DNA from: a virus
Strand: one strand, 5' to 3'
DNA: 64,000 nucleotides
IMG/VR virus record: IMGVR_UViG_3300042468_000945
Span: 32,001 to 96,000 of that record
Shown: in pieces, positions 61,861-64,000 of the stretch
Position numbering within the stretch: the stretch's first letter is position 1
Layout: each line of letters starts with the position of its first letter
The notes under the pieces: generated by a model
The model's input: the letters and a program-made list of their open reading frames with translations, nothing else
Told to the model about the DNA's origin: nothing
Databases searched by the model: none
Program-made: the position numbers and the translations under genes

Positions 61861-63482
61861 TAGAATATATCTCCCCTATCATATTCTGGTCTATCTAATG
61901 ATAAGTCCATATAGTGGTCATAAGGTAGATATGTGTCTGTCATTCTTCCACCAACACCTATATCCATAGCTGGAATCAAGAAGGACTCCCAATGATCAAG
62001 AGCAGCTTTAACATCTTTCTTTGCAGCATCAATTGCATCTATGAAATGATCTGATAGTGATTCTTCGTAATCAGCTAATCTTCTTCTTCTACCAACATTT
62101 CTAATTTCATCTACAAGAATAGAAGAATAGATGTTATAAAGAGTGTAATTTTCAACCCACTTTAATACACCAAAACCAGTTAAGTTATTACTTGGACTCC
62201 TAACATAACTTTCTCTTAAAGGGTCAGAGAAGCTAGATATGCTTGGTAAGTTTAGTAACCATGCCTGATACTTAGCATTTGCCTCTAGTGATGCCATATA
62301 AATATAGAAATTAATTAAATCGTCTGGCATTGTTGCAGCCTCTGATCTTAACCTTGATTTAATTAATCTAATATCAACGTAGTATGGGTTGTATCTACTT
62401 GAAAACCAGAAAACTTCTTCTTGAGTTGTGGTTCTTAAACCATTCAAACTTGGTAAACCTTTTTTAACTGTTATAGTATATTTAAGGTTACTAAGTATAG
62501 TCTCTGAAGGTGTAAAGGTTGCTGTTAGTCCAGACACTACCCACGACCCACTAACTGGAAGATCTAAATAACTAGCTTCAATATCGTTTCTTGGTAGTTG
62601 ATCTTTTCTAGTAAATGATATATAATCATTAATAGCTCCAGTAGCTACGGGTTGGGAAAATGTAACGCTTATAGTTCCAAAACTGTTTACCATTGAGGTC
62701 ATATGTTTTGGACTTACTTCTTCTACGTATAAGGGCTTAGTTACAGTATAGTCTGCATAATCATAAGTCCTATTTGATGTAGGGTCAGTAGCTTCTAGTT
62801 GTGTTCTCTGAAATAAAACAGTTCGTCTTTCAGAAGGTACGGTGTAGAAAGGTGTTCCTGTAACACCCACATGAGTTCTAGGTGTTACGTCCCAATTTAA
62901 TGACCTCCCAACAACAGAACCAATGACAGACTCAAAACTACCTGTACTTAAAGATAGGGAGGTGCTTGCTGTTGTGAAGGTGCCAATATTAATACCATTT
63001 TCATAGAAATTAACATCATAACCAAGATTAACAACACCCGTAGTTGCAGTACTAGCTGTCCAGCTAAATACATAAGGTAAATCAATTAGTACTGAACTGT
63101 CTGGAGGGGTTACTAGCGTTGTAGTAGATATGCCAATACTATTTGTGGTAAAGTAAATAGTATAGTCTTGTCTAGTCTTTCTTCCAACAGAATCCGCAAA
63201 CCCACTTCTAACAACCAACCTATAAGATGTTGATGCTGTTAAAGTTGTACTAGGTCTTAGGGTAACTCTCTTATTACTTGCGTTATAGCTAATATATGTA
63301 AGAGGAGTAGTTGTGTTAGTTGACTCATTTATTAAGATGAATCTTTTTGATAATTCACCTGAGTCTGTTAACTGAGAGAGGTCAATATCTTTAGACCAAT
63401 CCAAGTAGATGTCAGAATCCACTAAAAAGTCTTTTTGACCGTTTTCTGGATAATTATTAACTAATTCTGGGAATCCAACCAT
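61860..63482 (-). CDS. Head-tail adaptor/neck protein with N-terminal Big_5 (SbsA-type) Ig-like domains
   Basis: LVNNYPENGQ...IYLDWSKDID...VTLRPSTTL...TSYRLVV..G..DSVG and VEEVSP...ISVTFSQPV...ATFTPS..L...KYTITV are Big_5-like. C-terminal helical connector (YNPYY...DDLINFYI). Confidence 0.65.
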   Translation of the reverse strand: MVGFPELVNNYPENGQKDFLVDSDIYLDWSKDIDLSQLTDSGELSKRFILINESTNTTTPLTYISYNASNKRVTLRPSTTLTASTSYRLVVRSGFADSVGRKTRQDYTIYFTTNSIGISTTTLVTPPDSSVLIDLPYVFSWTASTATTGVVNLGYDVNFYENGINIGTFTTASTSLSLSTGSFESVIGSVVGRSLNWDVTPRTHVGVTGTPFYTVPSERRTVLFQRTQLEATDPTSNRTYDYADYTVTKPLYVEEVSPKHMTSMVNSFGTISVTFSQPVATGAINDYISFTRKDQLPRNDIEASYLDLPVSGSWVVSGLTATFTPSETILSNLKYTITVKKGLPSLNGLRTTTQEEVFWFSSRYNPYYVDIRLIKSRLRSEAATMPDDLINFYIYMASLEANAKYQAWLLNLPSISSFSDPLRESYVRSPSNNLTGFGVLKWVENYTLYNIYSSILVDEIRNVGRRRRLADYEESLSDHFIDAIDAAKKDVKAALDHWESFLIPAMDIGVGGRMTDTYLPYDHYMDLSLDRPEYDRGDIF

Positions 63483-63496
63483 CTTATTATAAATAG

Positions 63497-63522
63497 AGGC
63501 TTATCTATCACTAGATAAGCCT
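63497..63522 (-). promoter_or_regulatory. 11 bp hairpin overlapping the CTCTATT motif (63492-63498) upstream of the neck gene
   Basis: AGGCTTATCTA-[4 nt]-TAGATAAGCCT, immediately followed on the minus strand by CTATT. 9 nt separate the motif from the ATG at 63482. Confidence 0.5.
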
Positions 63523-63523
63523 T

Positions 63524-63558
63524 AAAAGGAGAAAATGAGTGGGGGTTTTCACCCCCAC
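63524..63558 (-). terminator. Intrinsic terminator after the capsid gene
   Basis: Minus strand GTGGGGGT-GAAA-ACCCCCAC then TCATTTTCTCCTTTT, starting 3 nt after the stop at 63562. Confidence 0.8.
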
Positions 63559-63561
63559 AAC

Positions 63562-63999
63562 TTAGACCGTATTTCTTACCGTCATAATCGGGGTAAAGTT
63601 TTCAACCACTCGAACGTTTCGAGCAACTGTCATACCCTTACCACCATCCATACCAGCAACAGCCATGTACTTACGTGCCTTAAGAGTTGTAGCATCCTTG
63701 AACCAGTCATCCATGCTGTCAATTTCAATATCGCCTCTGCTCAACATTGTCATTGAGTTTGCACTGTCAATAACATAGATGTCGGTCAAGAGGGCAGATG
63801 CGAAACCTGAACCTGGGTGACTTGCCATAACTCCAGACTCCTGATAAGGAAGAGCGTAGTAAGGAACATAACTCAAACCAAATGGCATATTTGCACCTTG
63901 GTCAAACTTAGGCAGTTGTCGGTGAATACCGCTACCAATTTGTCCTTGGTGGAAGAATGTTGATCGGATAAGTGGATCTTGGAAGATAACGTGGTATGC
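63562..63999 (-). CDS. Probable major capsid protein, C-terminal part (5'-truncated by the window edge)
   Basis: The frame stays open from 63888 to the window end (AYHVIFQDPLIRSTFFHQGQIG...). DIYVIDS...IEIDSMDDWFKDATTLKARKY..VAGMDGGKGMTVARNV resembles HK97-fold P-domain strands. Strong terminator downstream and neck gene next. Confidence 0.7.
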   Translation of the reverse strand, partial: AYHVIFQDPLIRSTFFHQGQIGSGIHRQLPKFDQGANMPFGLSYVPYYALPYQESGVMASHPGSGFASALLTDIYVIDSANSMTMLSRGDIEIDSMDDWFKDATTLKARKYMAVAGMDGGKGMTVARNVRVVENFTPIMTVRNTV

Positions 64000-64000
64000 C

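Noticed and set aside
63486-63491. TATAAT as a sigma70 -10 box for the neck gene
   Set aside because: It is only 3 nt from the ATG and has no -35 element at the correct spacing.
3716-63756. All plus-strand ORFs in the track (e.g. 18624-19154, 21190-21591, 39741-40097, 54753-55100, 63535-63756) and short nested minus-strand ORFs
   Set aside because: They lie antisense to or inside long motif-bearing genes, show no recognisable domains or start context, and are typical shadow ORFs.
1-64000. tRNA/rRNA genes, CRISPR array, DGR template-variable repeat pair, transposon or integrase
   Set aside because: Intergenic gaps are at most about 100-150 bp. I saw no cloverleaf, spaced repeat array, long near-duplicate segment, reverse transcriptase or transposase motifs by eye. 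The Cas4-like fold is a domain of a tail protein with no cas context.
1-64000. Alternative genetic code (stop-codon reassignment)
   Set aside because: Code 11 already gives near-complete coding density with multi-kilobase ORFs. TAG (e.g. 2187, 59315) and TGA (e.g. 18299) end genes at sensible boundaries.

Overview
This 64 kb window is the virion-morphogenesis region of a large AT-rich myovirus-type (contractile-tail, probably jumbo) phage. Every credible gene is on the minus strand, uses the standard code and is tightly packed. In transcription order (high to low coordinates): the 3' end of a probable major capsid gene; an Ig-decorated neck protein; head-closure and tail-completion proteins; two tail-sheath paralogs; three tail-tube paralogs, one with a Hint autoproteolytic domain; two tail-assembly-chaperone-like genes; a 2062 aa tape-measure-like protein with PD-(D/E)XK and SNase-like domains; a metallophosphoesterase; a 1572 aa protein; a membrane protein; a 2634 aa baseplate hub with a catalytically dead lytic transglycosylase domain; two peptidoglycan hydrolases sharing an unexplained 35 aa N-terminal tag; spike, gp25-like and J-like baseplate genes with a SEC-C-tailed glycosyltransferase among them; RuvC and GroEL between two paralogous wedge genes; many fibre and baseplate proteins; a sigma-like gene; and a tandem two-domain (Cpn20-like) GroES. 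A CTCTATT motif recurs just upstream of structural genes and is a candidate late promoter. No tRNA, rRNA, CRISPR array or transposon is supported. All product calls come from motif recognition by eye, not database searches. The host cannot be assigned.
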